Shown here one piece after another: positions 30,439 to 39,453 of a stretch of 64,000 nt of DNA (positions are counted from its first letter, which is position 1; each line of letters starts with the position of its first letter). This DNA is from Candidatus Atabeyarchaeum deiterrae (GTDB taxonomy: Archaea > Asgardarchaeota > Atabeyarchaeia > Atabeyarchaeales > Atabeyarchaeaceae). The DNA is taken from positions 608,001 through 672,000 of the forward strand of contig CP147780.1 of NCBI GenBank assembly GCA_037310415.1, read 5' to 3'. The position numbers and the translations under genes are program-made. The notes beneath the pieces were generated by a model. It saw nothing but the letters and a program-made list of their open reading frames with translations. It was not told the origin of the DNA and searched no databases.

Positions 30439-30635
30439 TGGCGCCGTGGACCGGACTCTCCTAGCCGACATCATCAAGTCATGAATCAGCTAATTTGAAC
30501 CGGTGCTCCCCGAAAGGGGAACGGGATCTCGAGTCGAGGCGCGTCACACAGACGCACAGTCCCGCGCCTTAACCGGACGTCGTCGGTTAACAACCTCGCT
30601 ACGGAGCGAGAGTATTAGCCTTTGGCTACCACGGC
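30439..30635 (-). tRNA. tRNA-Ser(CGA) with three introns (30579-30621, 30533-30558, 30456-30493)
   Basis: Spliced product GCCGTGGTAGCCAAGTCCGGTTAAGGCGCGGGACTCGAGATCCCG...TTCAAATCCGGTCCACGGCGCCA. Confidence 0.9.
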
Positions 30636-30779
30636 ACCAACAGTACGTTCTGACCCATTAAGAGAAACTATTAGCCAACGCTCTTTTAAAATACTTTCTG
30701 AAAGGAATTGCTTTTTAATAGATTTGAGCAATTGTTATGGGCTATAATCTCGCTCCATATAGAACTGCAGGAACCTTTT

Positions 30780-32318
30780 ATGGGGAACCAATTGAGTTTG
30801 AATCAGCGACGGCAAGACGCTGTACGAGTTTTGTTGAAGGCAGGTGTTCAGTTGAGCCCTGATGCTCTTAATTATCTGGATCTGCAACCGGATCCCGTTC
30901 ATCTTGCCTCTAAAACGCTGGCAGAGCTAGATAGAAGAAAAACCAAGCCGCTAATCATTACTAGAAACATGCTTGAAGAGATTGTGCCCATTCCCTCGCC
31001 AAAATACCCGAAGATTATTGATTTCAATGACCCGATCAGTCCAGTCAACGACAAGAGCATTGATGTAACCCCATTCGTGGAAGTAATGTCCTCGCTCTAT
31101 GAAGAATCATCGGCCCAAGGGAAGCTGGAAAACTTCCTAGCTTATTTTCGAAACCGTTACGAGAAAATGGTGAAACTGTTCAAAGCTAGGAAAGATGCCC
31201 TCGATGCAATTAGCATCAATGAAGTGGCGAAAGTGGGCGAAGGTAAAGAAGCAAGAGTCATCGGGCTTGTAACGTCCAAAAGAGAGACAGATAGAGGAGT
31301 AACGATTCTGGAACTCGAAGATCCAACTGGAGTTATCTCTGTGCTGATATCGACTATCAATGATAAGTTATACAACAAGGCTTCTAGAGTACTACTTGAT
31401 CAAGTCGTCTGTGTTGAGGGAGCTGCAAGGGATCAGAAAACGATATCGGCGAAAGACTTGAACTGGGCAGACGTTCCTTACGATCGAAGACCGAATAAGG
31501 CAAAGGAACCGGTTTACGCAGTGCTCATGTCAGACATACACTATGGTAGTACAAAATTCCTCAGAGACAGATTTGAGGAATTCATGGATTGGTTAAAGGG
31601 AGAAGGACCAACAGATCAAGCTTCAAGAATAGCGAGAAACATAAGATATTTGATCATAGCAGGTGACTTGGTCGACGGAATCGGCGTATATCCCAAACAA
31701 GAAGAAGAACTTGAAGTAAAGGATATATACGAGCAATATAGGCAACTTGCCGAATACATCAAGAGGATTCCGCAGAGTATTGAAATTATAGCGATCCCAG
31801 GAAACCATGATGCAACGCGCCTAGCGCTTCCACAACCACCAGTTCCAGACAGTTATATGAAGGCGATAACAGGATCCTGCACTAACTTTCGTATGCTGGG
31901 AAACCCTGCTTTTGTCAAGATCCACGGAGTAGAGATTCTCGTCTACCATGGGAGGATCATCGACAACATTCTCTCCACTCTTCCTGAGATCAGCAGCAGA
32001 ACTGTGGGTCAAGCGCTTCAGGAACTTGTACGGTGCAGGCATTTGGCTCCAACTTGGGACCCGAACAATCCAATAATCCCTTTGGACGAGGACTTGCTTG
32101 TGTTGGAGAGAATACCCGATATCTTTCATACGGGACATATCCACGTAAACGCGGTGTCTCAATACAGGGGAGTACTTACTGTTAACTCGGGAACGTTTCA
32201 ATCACAGACCTCATACCAAAGAGCGATGGGTGTGAAACCAACACCAGGCATAGTTGAGATTGTGAACCTTATGACATTAAAAGCCTCTCAGATTCAGTTT
32301 GGTGTCGGGGCAGAATAA
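30780..32318 (+). CDS. polB: DNA polymerase D small subunit DP1
   Basis: OB fold; SDIHYGS, AGDLVDGIGVYP, PGNHD, HLAP and GHIH motifs. Confidence 0.96.
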   Translation: MGNQLSLNQRRQDAVRVLLKAGVQLSPDALNYLDLQPDPVHLASKTLAELDRRKTKPLIITRNMLEEIVPIPSPKYPKIIDFNDPISPVNDKSIDVTPFVEVMSSLYEESSAQGKLENFLAYFRNRYEKMVKLFKARKDALDAISINEVAKVGEGKEARVIGLVTSKRETDRGVTILELEDPTGVISVLISTINDKLYNKASRVLLDQVVCVEGAARDQKTISAKDLNWADVPYDRRPNKAKEPVYAVLMSDIHYGSTKFLRDRFEEFMDWLKGEGPTDQASRIARNIRYLIIAGDLVDGIGVYPKQEEELEVKDIYEQYRQLAEYIKRIPQSIEIIAIPGNHDATRLALPQPPVPDSYMKAITGSCTNFRMLGNPAFVKIHGVEILVYHGRIIDNILSTLPEISSRTVGQALQELVRCRHLAPTWDPNNPIIPLDEDLLVLERIPDIFHTGHIHVNAVSQYRGVLTVNSGTFQSQTSYQRAMGVKPTPGIVEIVNLMTLKASQIQFGVGAE

Positions 32319-32332
32319 TATGATTTCCTGTG

Positions 32333-33586
32333 TCATAAGGTGTACTGGCGGGACAGTTTGGGGATGTAGCTTGAAACATTCTTTATCTTCTCATCTTCCT
32401 CGAGAACTTCCTTGACCTGATTCTGCGGCACCAAGAGCTTTATCTTCTTGGTCCTCCCATACCGACCCTTGCTTTCCACTTTGGCGTTAATTATCCCTAG
32501 CATATCCAGCTCATTTACCAGATCGCCAACACGCCTCTGTGTAAGCATGTCTAGTCCCAATTTTCCACAGAGCTCACTGTAAACCTCGAAGACACTTCCC
32601 GTAACTACCTCTTCCTCACCCTGTTTCTCCAACAAGTACGTGGTGTAGAGGACTAACTTTGATTGCAGCGGCAGAGTCCTCAAGGTCTCCGTTACTGTGT
32701 CGTACTCTATGCGTCCTTGAGCGGAGCGAACGTGTTTCTCGCTAACTTTGCGCTCGCCAGCTCGTTCACACAGGTCTCCAGCAACCCTCAGGAGATCTAA
32801 CGCTCTGCGAGCATCTCCATGTTCGCGGGCCGCCAAGGCAGCACAGAGATTAATAACCGAATCATCAACAACTTGGTCACGAAAACCAATGGCGGCTCGT
32901 TGCTTCAGAATATCCTGGAGTTCAGTGGCAGTATAAGGCGGAAAGACAACCTCCTCTTCACTAAGGCTGCTGACTACGCGCGGATCGAGATAGTCTTTGA
33001 ACCTCAAGTCATTAGATATTCCGACCAAACTAACCTTACCTTGTTTCAACGAGGTGTTAATCCTAGTCAGCTCATACAGCACATCGTCTCCATCCTTCTT
33101 GACAAGCATGTCGATCTCGTCGAGGACGATTATAATAAGTTGTCTCTTGTCGCTAATCTCTTCCAAGAAGCGTCGGTAGACCTCATCTGTAGGCAAACCT
33201 GTGAAGGGGACATCTAGGCCGATCTCTTTGCATAGATTAGCAAGAACCCGGTAGTTGGTATCCACAACTCTGCAATTCACATAGGCTGCACTTAAAGCCA
33301 AACCATCAGGCTCGGAGACCTTCGTCTTGGCGGATAGATGCTTCAGGACGTACTTCGCAGCTGCTGTCTTACCTGTGCCAGTCTTTCCGTAAATAAATAC
33401 ATTGGAAGGAACGGATCCTTTGAGTGCGGAACTCAAGATCATTCCCAAGCGAGCAATATGCTCCTCACGGTGAGGGAGCTCATCAGGAACATAAGTAGCC
33501 CTTAGCACATCTCTATTCTTAAAAATAGTTGGGGATCTAAGAAAATTGTCGAAGATATCATCCAATGATTCTTTATCGCTCGCCAT
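32333..33586 (-). CDS. cdc6: Orc1/Cdc6 replication initiator (origin-associated)
   Basis: GKTGTGKT, LDEID, HGDARRALDLL and SKGRYGRT motifs. Confidence 0.97.
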   Translation of the reverse strand: MASDKESLDDIFDNFLRSPTIFKNRDVLRATYVPDELPHREEHIARLGMILSSALKGSVPSNVFIYGKTGTGKTAAAKYVLKHLSAKTKVSEPDGLALSAAYVNCRVVDTNYRVLANLCKEIGLDVPFTGLPTDEVYRRFLEEISDKRQLIIIVLDEIDMLVKKDGDDVLYELTRINTSLKQGKVSLVGISNDLRFKDYLDPRVVSSLSEEEVVFPPYTATELQDILKQRAAIGFRDQVVDDSVINLCAALAAREHGDARRALDLLRVAGDLCERAGERKVSEKHVRSAQGRIEYDTVTETLRTLPLQSKLVLYTTYLLEKQGEEEVVTGSVFEVYSELCGKLGLDMLTQRRVGDLVNELDMLGIINAKVESKGRYGRTKKIKLLVPQNQVKEVLEEDEKIKNVSSYIPKLSRQYTL

Positions 33587-33782
33587 CGATACTAACCCTC
33601 TCTATAACAACCTTCTGAAGCGCAACAAAAAAGGAAGGTTCAGCTAATTATAGTTTTGGGAGACGAATATAAGAATCCAGTAGTGCGGCAAAACGTCCAA
33701 GGATGGCAACTAGAAGCTTGTTAACGGGAAGGTAATACCTGACTGGAACCTACGTTCCAAACCTTCAGTGCGTTTACTGAGA

Positions 33783-34265
33783 CTAGCTTCTCGGCGCAAG
33801 CATCTTCTCAGCCTCAATAACCTCATTCTTTACCTTTTCGGTCCGCACGCGATACTCGTACCCGCCCGTGACATGATGCCGCTCCACAATGCCGTTGGAA
33901 GGATCGGATAGACGGTGGAGATAAGTCGAGACGGTACTGCTCCTCAGCTTTTGACTGAAGATTCTCTCGAACTCATCCTGAAGATCACGGGAGCTGAAGG
34001 AACCGTAGCGGAAATGCTTCAACAACAAGAACTTGACCTTGTCAATAGTACTGGACAAGCCAAGCTCCCCACCTTCAAGGTCAGTGGCCTCCTTACTTAG
34101 CCTCGAATCCTTTGAATCAGAGACGCTGGATGCCAAAACGCTTGAGATATATTCACCTATCGATTCAGAGAGCATTTTGGGTATCGCCCCTTCGAAGGTC
34201 ACGGTAACCTTTCCCCTCGTCTCAGGGTCAAAGACCTCTATCTTGATCAAGTTACTCTTAACCAA
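33783..34265 (-). CDS. Winged-helix protein adjacent to oriC
   Basis: FSSRDLQDEF...SSTVSTYLHRL. Confidence 0.7.
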   Translation of the reverse strand: MVKSNLIKIEVFDPETRGKVTVTFEGAIPKMLSESIGEYISSVLASSVSDSKDSRLSKEATDLEGGELGLSSTIDKVKFLLLKHFRYGSFSSRDLQDEFERIFSQKLRSSTVSTYLHRLSDPSNGIVERHHVTGGYEYRVRTEKVKNEVIEAEKMLAPRS

Positions 34266-34523
34266 AAGAAACTCACCGGGAGCACCAGAACCTCAGTAAT
34301 CATTCACAGTTAGTGAATTCACAGGTATTAAAGGCTAACTACAATACTCACAAACTAAGCACTCAAGAACATAACTGAAAAAGTATATCCAAAAATCAAC
34401 CGCAACAAGCGGATCTTGGGCAAGGGGGAAAAAGTCGAACACTATAAGTGGTGCGCAGAGGGATCCACTCACAACTGTGAAAAAATGGAATTGGAATGTG
34501 AAAGGATAATGAGGAGTCGACTT

Positions 34524-34544
34524 CTCCAGTGGAAATAGGGGGGT
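34524..34544 (+). promoter_or_regulatory. ORB element 1
   Basis: CTCCAGTGGAAATAGGGGGGT matches the ORB core plus G-string. Confidence 0.9.
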
Positions 34545-34689
34545 TAAGGAAAGCCATTTCCCGCCAAAAAGACTGAAAACAGCCCAGAATAAACAAACAG
34601 GACGACTCTTAAAGGGAGCCCAGTATTGATTTCACAAAAAGAAATTCACAGATTCACAATGGCAGCTGACACATCGCTTACTAGGTGGC

Positions 34690-34711
34690 ACCCCATCATT
34701 TCCAATAGAAC
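34690..34711 (-). promoter_or_regulatory. ORB element 2 (inverted)
   Basis: Minus strand reads GTTCTATTGGAAATGATGGGGT. Confidence 0.75.
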
Positions 34712-34871
34712 TGACCAGTTTAACTAGTTCTTGACTGACTATATGTTCAAAAGATTAGTTAAAATTATAGCGCAATCTTGATAAGAATAGATATATGCTA
34801 AACAAATCACTTTAAACTGGGCTCTCTTGCGCACTGGATATCAAACCTAACTCACCCGACACCCTTGCGAG

Positions 34872-34899
34872 GTTCCAGTGGAAACGACAGGGTAGGGGT
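34872..34899 (+). promoter_or_regulatory. ORB element 3
   Basis: GTTCCAGTGGAAACGACAGGGTAGGGGT. Confidence 0.9.
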
Positions 34900-35043
34900 C
34901 CCCATACTACCCGGATTGTTCTGACCTTATATGGACAAGTTCATCACTCAATACAGGAGACCACAATTCTTCTCCTAGATGCGACAGTCCCGGATCGCCG
35001 ACTACTGTCCTACTACACACTCGCTACCTGCCGTTTATTGTCT

Positions 35044-35190
35044 TCTTATGTAACATTGATACTAGACGTTACCTAAGACAATAGGACTGCTTCTCGACCA
35101 TTTGATCTGGCAGTACGCGAGTCTTCCGAGACGAAAAGCAGATAAGCCTTATCATCTGTTACATAAGAGGAGATGAGATGTTACCTAAGA
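35044..35190. repeat. Four copies of the 12-bp motif YGTTACMTAAGA
   Basis: Copies at 35044-55(-), 35067-78(+), 35157-68(+) and 35179-90(+). Confidence 0.85.
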
Positions 35191-35205
35191 GAAGGGAATG
35201 TTCAC

Positions 35206-35571
35206 ATGATGGGGTTGACTGAGAGGGTTGAGTTGCTGTTTGGCAGGAAGAAGCGGATCGCCAATGAGATGGCCGGTCTTGCGTCCGCATTTGGTATAGA
35301 CCAGGGCAAGCTAGAGACTGGTGGTTGTCTGCGACTGGAAGATGTATACTGTGTTAAGCGCGGCAAGAGATACGGTCCTTACGGCCCGTACTACTACCTT
35401 TACTTTCACCGGACAGAAAAGATGGAGAAGCGGTATGTTGGGAAGAGGGCGGACCGATTGAAAGTAAGACAGGAGGTTAATGGGAAGTTAAGGGAGCTCG
35501 AGGCAGAGTACAAGAAGATCTTATCAGTTGAGCGGAGGTTGGCGAAGGCGCTGGGAATGCCTGCGGTCTGA
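35206..35571 (+). CDS. Small putative DNA-binding protein with a C-terminal coiled coil
   Basis: KRGKRYGPYGPYYYLYF...KRYVGK motif; directly upstream of parA. Confidence 0.7.
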   Translation: MMGLTERVELLFGRKKRIANEMAGLASAFGIDQGKLETGGCLRLEDVYCVKRGKRYGPYGPYYYLYFHRTEKMEKRYVGKRADRLKVRQEVNGKLRELEAEYKKILSVERRLAKALGMPAV

Positions 35572-35665
35572 TGTCAACCATGAGACGTTTTGAGAAAGCT
35601 TTTCTATCTGTTCTGTTATCCACTTAAATGAATCTGGATTTGCTCAAGAATTGTGGTGTCTCTAC

Positions 35666-36436
35666 ATGAGCATTATGAAGATTGTCGCCCTGTGTAACCA
35701 GAAGGGTGGTGTCGGTAAGACGACTAGCGCTGTTAATCTCAGCGTTGCACTCGGCATGCTTGGGAAAAAGGTCTTGTTGCTTGATCTGGATCCTCAGGCG
35801 AACTCCTCTGTTTCATTTTTCGGTTTTGATGTGTTCAACGCTTCACTCTCAATGTACAATGTCTTAGTTGACGAGAAAGTTGGCGTCCGCGACGTCATCA
35901 GGCGGACGGAGGAGGGGATTGATCTTTTGCCATCAAACCTGAATCTTGCTGGGGCTGAGCTTGAGTTGACTGGTTCCATAGCGGGTGAGACGGCTCTTAA
36001 GGACAAGCTTGCTGCGGTGCAAAATGATTACGACTATACATTTATTGATTGTCCACCTGCTTTGAATATCTTTACCATTAACGCTTTGGTTGCGGCCACT
36101 GATGTTTTTGTCTGTATTCAACCATCGTTTCTGCCAATGGTGGGAACTGAGCAGCTAACTAGAACCATCAAGATTGTCAAAGACAGACTCAACAAGCAGC
36201 TTAGGATATCTGGTGTCATTCTGACCATGTGCGATGAGCGAAAGATTATCTCTCGAGAGTCTATCAACGAAATCAATCGCTACTTCAGTGACGTTGTATT
36301 TGAGGCACGGATACGAATTGACGTGAAACTTGAAGAGGCCCCCTCATACACAAAATCCATATTCAAATATGCGCCAGATTCACGTGGCGCTGAGGACTAC
36401 ATGAATCTGGCCAAGGAAGTGATTAGACGTGTCTAA
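35666..36436 (+). CDS. parA: ParA/Soj ATPase
   Basis: NQKGGVGKTT, DLDPQAN, IDCPP and EAPS motifs. Confidence 0.96.
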   Translation: MSIMKIVALCNQKGGVGKTTSAVNLSVALGMLGKKVLLLDLDPQANSSVSFFGFDVFNASLSMYNVLVDEKVGVRDVIRRTEEGIDLLPSNLNLAGAELELTGSIAGETALKDKLAAVQNDYDYTFIDCPPALNIFTINALVAATDVFVCIQPSFLPMVGTEQLTRTIKIVKDRLNKQLRISGVILTMCDERKIISRESINEINRYFSDVVFEARIRIDVKLEEAPSYTKSIFKYAPDSRGAEDYMNLAKEVIRRV

Positions 36437-37250
36437 TGAGAGTAAGCGAAGGCGGCTCGGCGCTACAGTTCTCGGCGAATTAGGTAAGCTGGCGAAGAGT
36501 TATGGAGTTCAAAAGATACCTCTCAACGAGATCGACTTGGAGGATCCGAAGTTTAGAACGCGGTACGACCTAGGCGAGAAACAGATTGTTGAGTTGGCAG
36601 ATTCCATTAGAAGTGAGGGTTTGATCAACCCTATTGTTGTGCGACGCAGGGCTGATTCAAAGTATCAACTGATATCTGGGTTCAGAAGGGTCGAAGCTGT
36701 CCGAAAACTTGGGGAGGACGCGGTTGATGCTATTGTGGTCAATGTTGATGATGATAGAGCCCTTAGAATTGCTGTCTCTGAGAACTTGAAGAGAAAGAGT
36801 CTCACACCTCTTGAGATTGGGTTGATGTGCGATAGATTGGTTAAAGAAGGTAGGTCCTATGATGAAGTCGGGCGGATGATGGGTCTTTCAGCCAAGCAAA
36901 TCCAACGTTATCTTCGTACATTGAAGTTGAATGAGGAAGTCAGGAAATCATTGAACGATGGAGCAATCAACTTTTTCACGGCTCTCGAAATAGGAAAAGT
37001 GGACGGCGCCGTCCAGTCTGCTTTATTAAAGAGGGTCTTGAAGGAGAAGCTGTCCACAAGGGACGTCTCCCAACTGGTGCAAGAAATGAGGAGAAGCGAG
37101 AAGAGAAAGAATATCATCGAGGATCTGCCTAACGTGAAGTTCAAGAAAGGTCAGATCATAATCGACTTGACTGGTGTTGAGTTGGTCAAGACTCTCAAAG
37201 CCCTTCTGAGGGAAGCTGAGAAGGGCACGATCCAGAATGCCATTAATTAG
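36429..37250 (+). CDS. parB: ParB/Spo0J family protein
   Basis: GLINPIVV, LISGFRR, ENLKRKSL motifs and HTH; overlaps parA. Confidence 0.93.
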   Translation: MSNESKRRRLGATVLGELGKLAKSYGVQKIPLNEIDLEDPKFRTRYDLGEKQIVELADSIRSEGLINPIVVRRRADSKYQLISGFRRVEAVRKLGEDAVDAIVVNVDDDRALRIAVSENLKRKSLTPLEIGLMCDRLVKEGRSYDEVGRMMGLSAKQIQRYLRTLKLNEEVRKSLNDGAINFFTALEIGKVDGAVQSALLKRVLKEKLSTRDVSQLVQEMRRSEKRKNIIEDLPNVKFKKGQIIIDLTGVELVKTLKALLREAEKGTIQNAIN

Positions 37251-37320
37251 CCCTCATACCGGTCGATGGTTTGACAAGGTTTATCAATCCGTATACTTTT
37301 TTGTATACGGGTGAAGTTCA

Positions 37321-37872
37321 TTGTTTGACAGGGCTTCTGAGCCTGAAGGTACAGCAGAATCCTTCAGAAAGCTCTTCAGTGACCCTATTGTGAAGAGGCT
37401 CTTGAAAGACTCTAACCTGACTAAGATACAATTTGAGACTCTTCTAATCAACTCGGTCTTTGATGAAATGGTTGGTAAAGACGGTGGAATGTATGACAAG
37501 AAGGCCAGCAGCAGGGTATACAAGGAATCCTTTAGAGCTTGGCACGCCAAGTCGTATCCCAAGGGTGTCTCCCGAGGTGCTTTCCGCCGTGTTCTCTTTC
37601 AAGCAAGTCGGAACGTGATCCGCTCCATCTACACGCTCTTCCTGCTTGGATACATAGGTATCTTGGAGACGCCAGGATTGCAGGGTTATATGGAACTATC
37701 TGAGATGGTGACTGAGTACAAACGCAAAATGGAGCAAAGACAACAAAAGAATCTGGTCAGAGAGCCACTTGGTGGAGAGGCCTTGAAACTGTTGGAGAAG
37801 AGTCTACTGAAGATAATCGACCAGTATGCATATCCGTTCACCGTTTTGGGTAAAGGAAACAATCGTGATTAG
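37321..37872 (+). CDS. Hypothetical protein
   Basis: 183-aa ORF (SNLTKIQFETL...GVSRGAF..VL.QA..NVIRSIYT) preceded by a TATA-like element. Confidence 0.7.
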   Translation: MFDRASEPEGTAESFRKLFSDPIVKRLLKDSNLTKIQFETLLINSVFDEMVGKDGGMYDKKASSRVYKESFRAWHAKSYPKGVSRGAFRRVLFQASRNVIRSIYTLFLLGYIGILETPGLQGYMELSEMVTEYKRKMEQRQQKNLVREPLGGEALKLLEKSLLKIIDQYAYPFTVLGKGNNRD

Positions 37873-37969
37873 TATTCCGTCCCGGATCCATTTCTGTAGT
37901 CTTGAACCGTTGAAGATGAAGGGTTGCTGACCTGTAAGATTACTCGGATTACCAAGTGGTGAGATCTGA

Positions 37970-38545
37970 TTGTACCAACTGCCAAGACCAGAGGATATTA
38001 AGCGGCTAAGAAAGGATGTGAGCCTCACTCAGATCGAACTGGCCAAACGAGCCAGGGTCAGTCAATCACTCATAGCCAGGATAGAGTCCGGAACGGTTGA
38101 CCCGCGTATGTCTACGCTGAGAAGAATTCTTGAAGTCATGAATGACTGCTATCTCAGTAAGAGCCCTCGGGTGACTGTCTCTCAGGTTATGTGTTCTCCC
38201 GTGTTCTTTGTCAAAGCTACAGACTTTGTGCATACTGCCATTGAGTTGATGGAGAAGCATGGTGTCTCACAATTGCCAGTAATGAAAGATGAATCTCTCG
38301 TCGGCACTATCAGTGAAGCCACAGTAATCCGGCATATATCCTCTGGAAAGAATGTCTTCAACTCTACGGTGAATGACATTATGGACGAGAGTCTGCCCTC
38401 AGTTCCGCCTTCCACAGGTATGGACGAAGCTTCTGAACTCATGTCCAGAGGACATCCTGCAGTACTTGTCGTAGATAGGGGAAGAATCGTAGGTATCGTG
38501 ACAAAGATCGATCTTATAAGTCACCGTTCCCGATACAAAAAGTAA
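37970..38545 (+). CDS. XRE-HTH plus CBS domain regulator
   Basis: LTQIELAKRARVSQSLIARIESG followed by a CBS pair. Confidence 0.92.
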   Translation: MYQLPRPEDIKRLRKDVSLTQIELAKRARVSQSLIARIESGTVDPRMSTLRRILEVMNDCYLSKSPRVTVSQVMCSPVFFVKATDFVHTAIELMEKHGVSQLPVMKDESLVGTISEATVIRHISSGKNVFNSTVNDIMDESLPSVPPSTGMDEASELMSRGHPAVLVVDRGRIVGIVTKIDLISHRSRYKK

Positions 38546-38564
38546 GCTTGGCAAAGGCAGGTTC

Positions 38565-39446
38565 TTACCGTAGTCTAAGGTACTTGTCCCATTGATGGCT
38601 AACCCATTTCTTTATCACGTCAACATCTTCTTTGGTTAAACCATCGTACCTTCCTTGTATCTTGAGGTACTCCTCTATAGGGGTTCTCTTTGCCGGATCC
38701 ACGAGATTCTTGCTTGGGCCAGTTAGTTCCAGTTTTTCGTTACTGATCTCGAAGAGGATCCACATCCCCGAGGTTATAGCTCTTCGTCCTACCTCCACAG
38801 TCAGGCTACCGTCACACAGCCATCCCGATGGACACGGAGCTAGTATATGAAGATACCTAGTCCCCTTTAGATCCTTTGCTTTTTTCACTTTGTCGTACAA
38901 GTCCCTAGGATAGGATGGACATGCTGTTGCAACATATTCGATCTCGTGAGAGGCCATAATCATAGGAAGATCCTTTTTTTTCTCCCGCTTCCCCGTCGGC
39001 GTAGTCGTAGTTTTCATGCCGTAAGGTGTCGCTCCAGAACGCTGGATTCCTGTGTTCATGTATGCCTCGTTATCATAGCATATGTAAAGGAAATTCGTTC
39101 CACGTTCTGCTGCACCCGACAATGCCTGTATCCCTATATCGGCCGTTCCTCCATCTCCAGCCCATGACAGAACTGTAATATCATCCTCTCTTCTCGCCTC
39201 CAGTGCAGCCACTATTCCTGAGGCTGCCGCTGCGGCTGCAGCGAATGCGATGTTGAGAGTAGGAATGTCAAGGGCAGATCTTGGGTATAGCCCTTGGATC
39301 ACGCTTGTGCAACAAGCAGGCACGACCATAATCGTCCTATTTCCAAGGGCCTTCAAGGTATATCTAAGTGCAAGAGTTGCGCCACAGCCGGCGCATGAAC
39401 TGTTTCCTGGTAAAAGTAATTCCTCTTCTGGAAATCCGAGTATCAT
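38565..39446 (-). CDS. porB: 2-oxoacid:ferredoxin oxidoreductase beta subunit
   Basis: CAGCG, GDGGTADIG and YDNEAYMNTGIQRS motifs. Confidence 0.93.
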   Translation of the reverse strand: MILGFPEEELLLPGNSSCAGCGATLALRYTLKALGNRTIMVVPACCTSVIQGLYPRSALDIPTLNIAFAAAAAAASGIVAALEARREDDITVLSWAGDGGTADIGIQALSGAAERGTNFLYICYDNEAYMNTGIQRSGATPYGMKTTTTPTGKREKKKDLPMIMASHEIEYVATACPSYPRDLYDKVKKAKDLKGTRYLHILAPCPSGWLCDGSLTVEVGRRAITSGMWILFEISNEKLELTGPSKNLVDPAKRTPIEEYLKIQGRYDGLTKEDVDVIKKWVSHQWDKYLRLR

Positions 39447-39453
39447 CTTCCTG

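Larger units (their letters stand above)
34300..34900. other. Replication origin oriC
   Basis: Intergenic region next to cdc6 with three ORBs and an AT-rich stretch at about 34740-34815; local A/C-rich to G/T-rich skew change. Confidence 0.88.
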
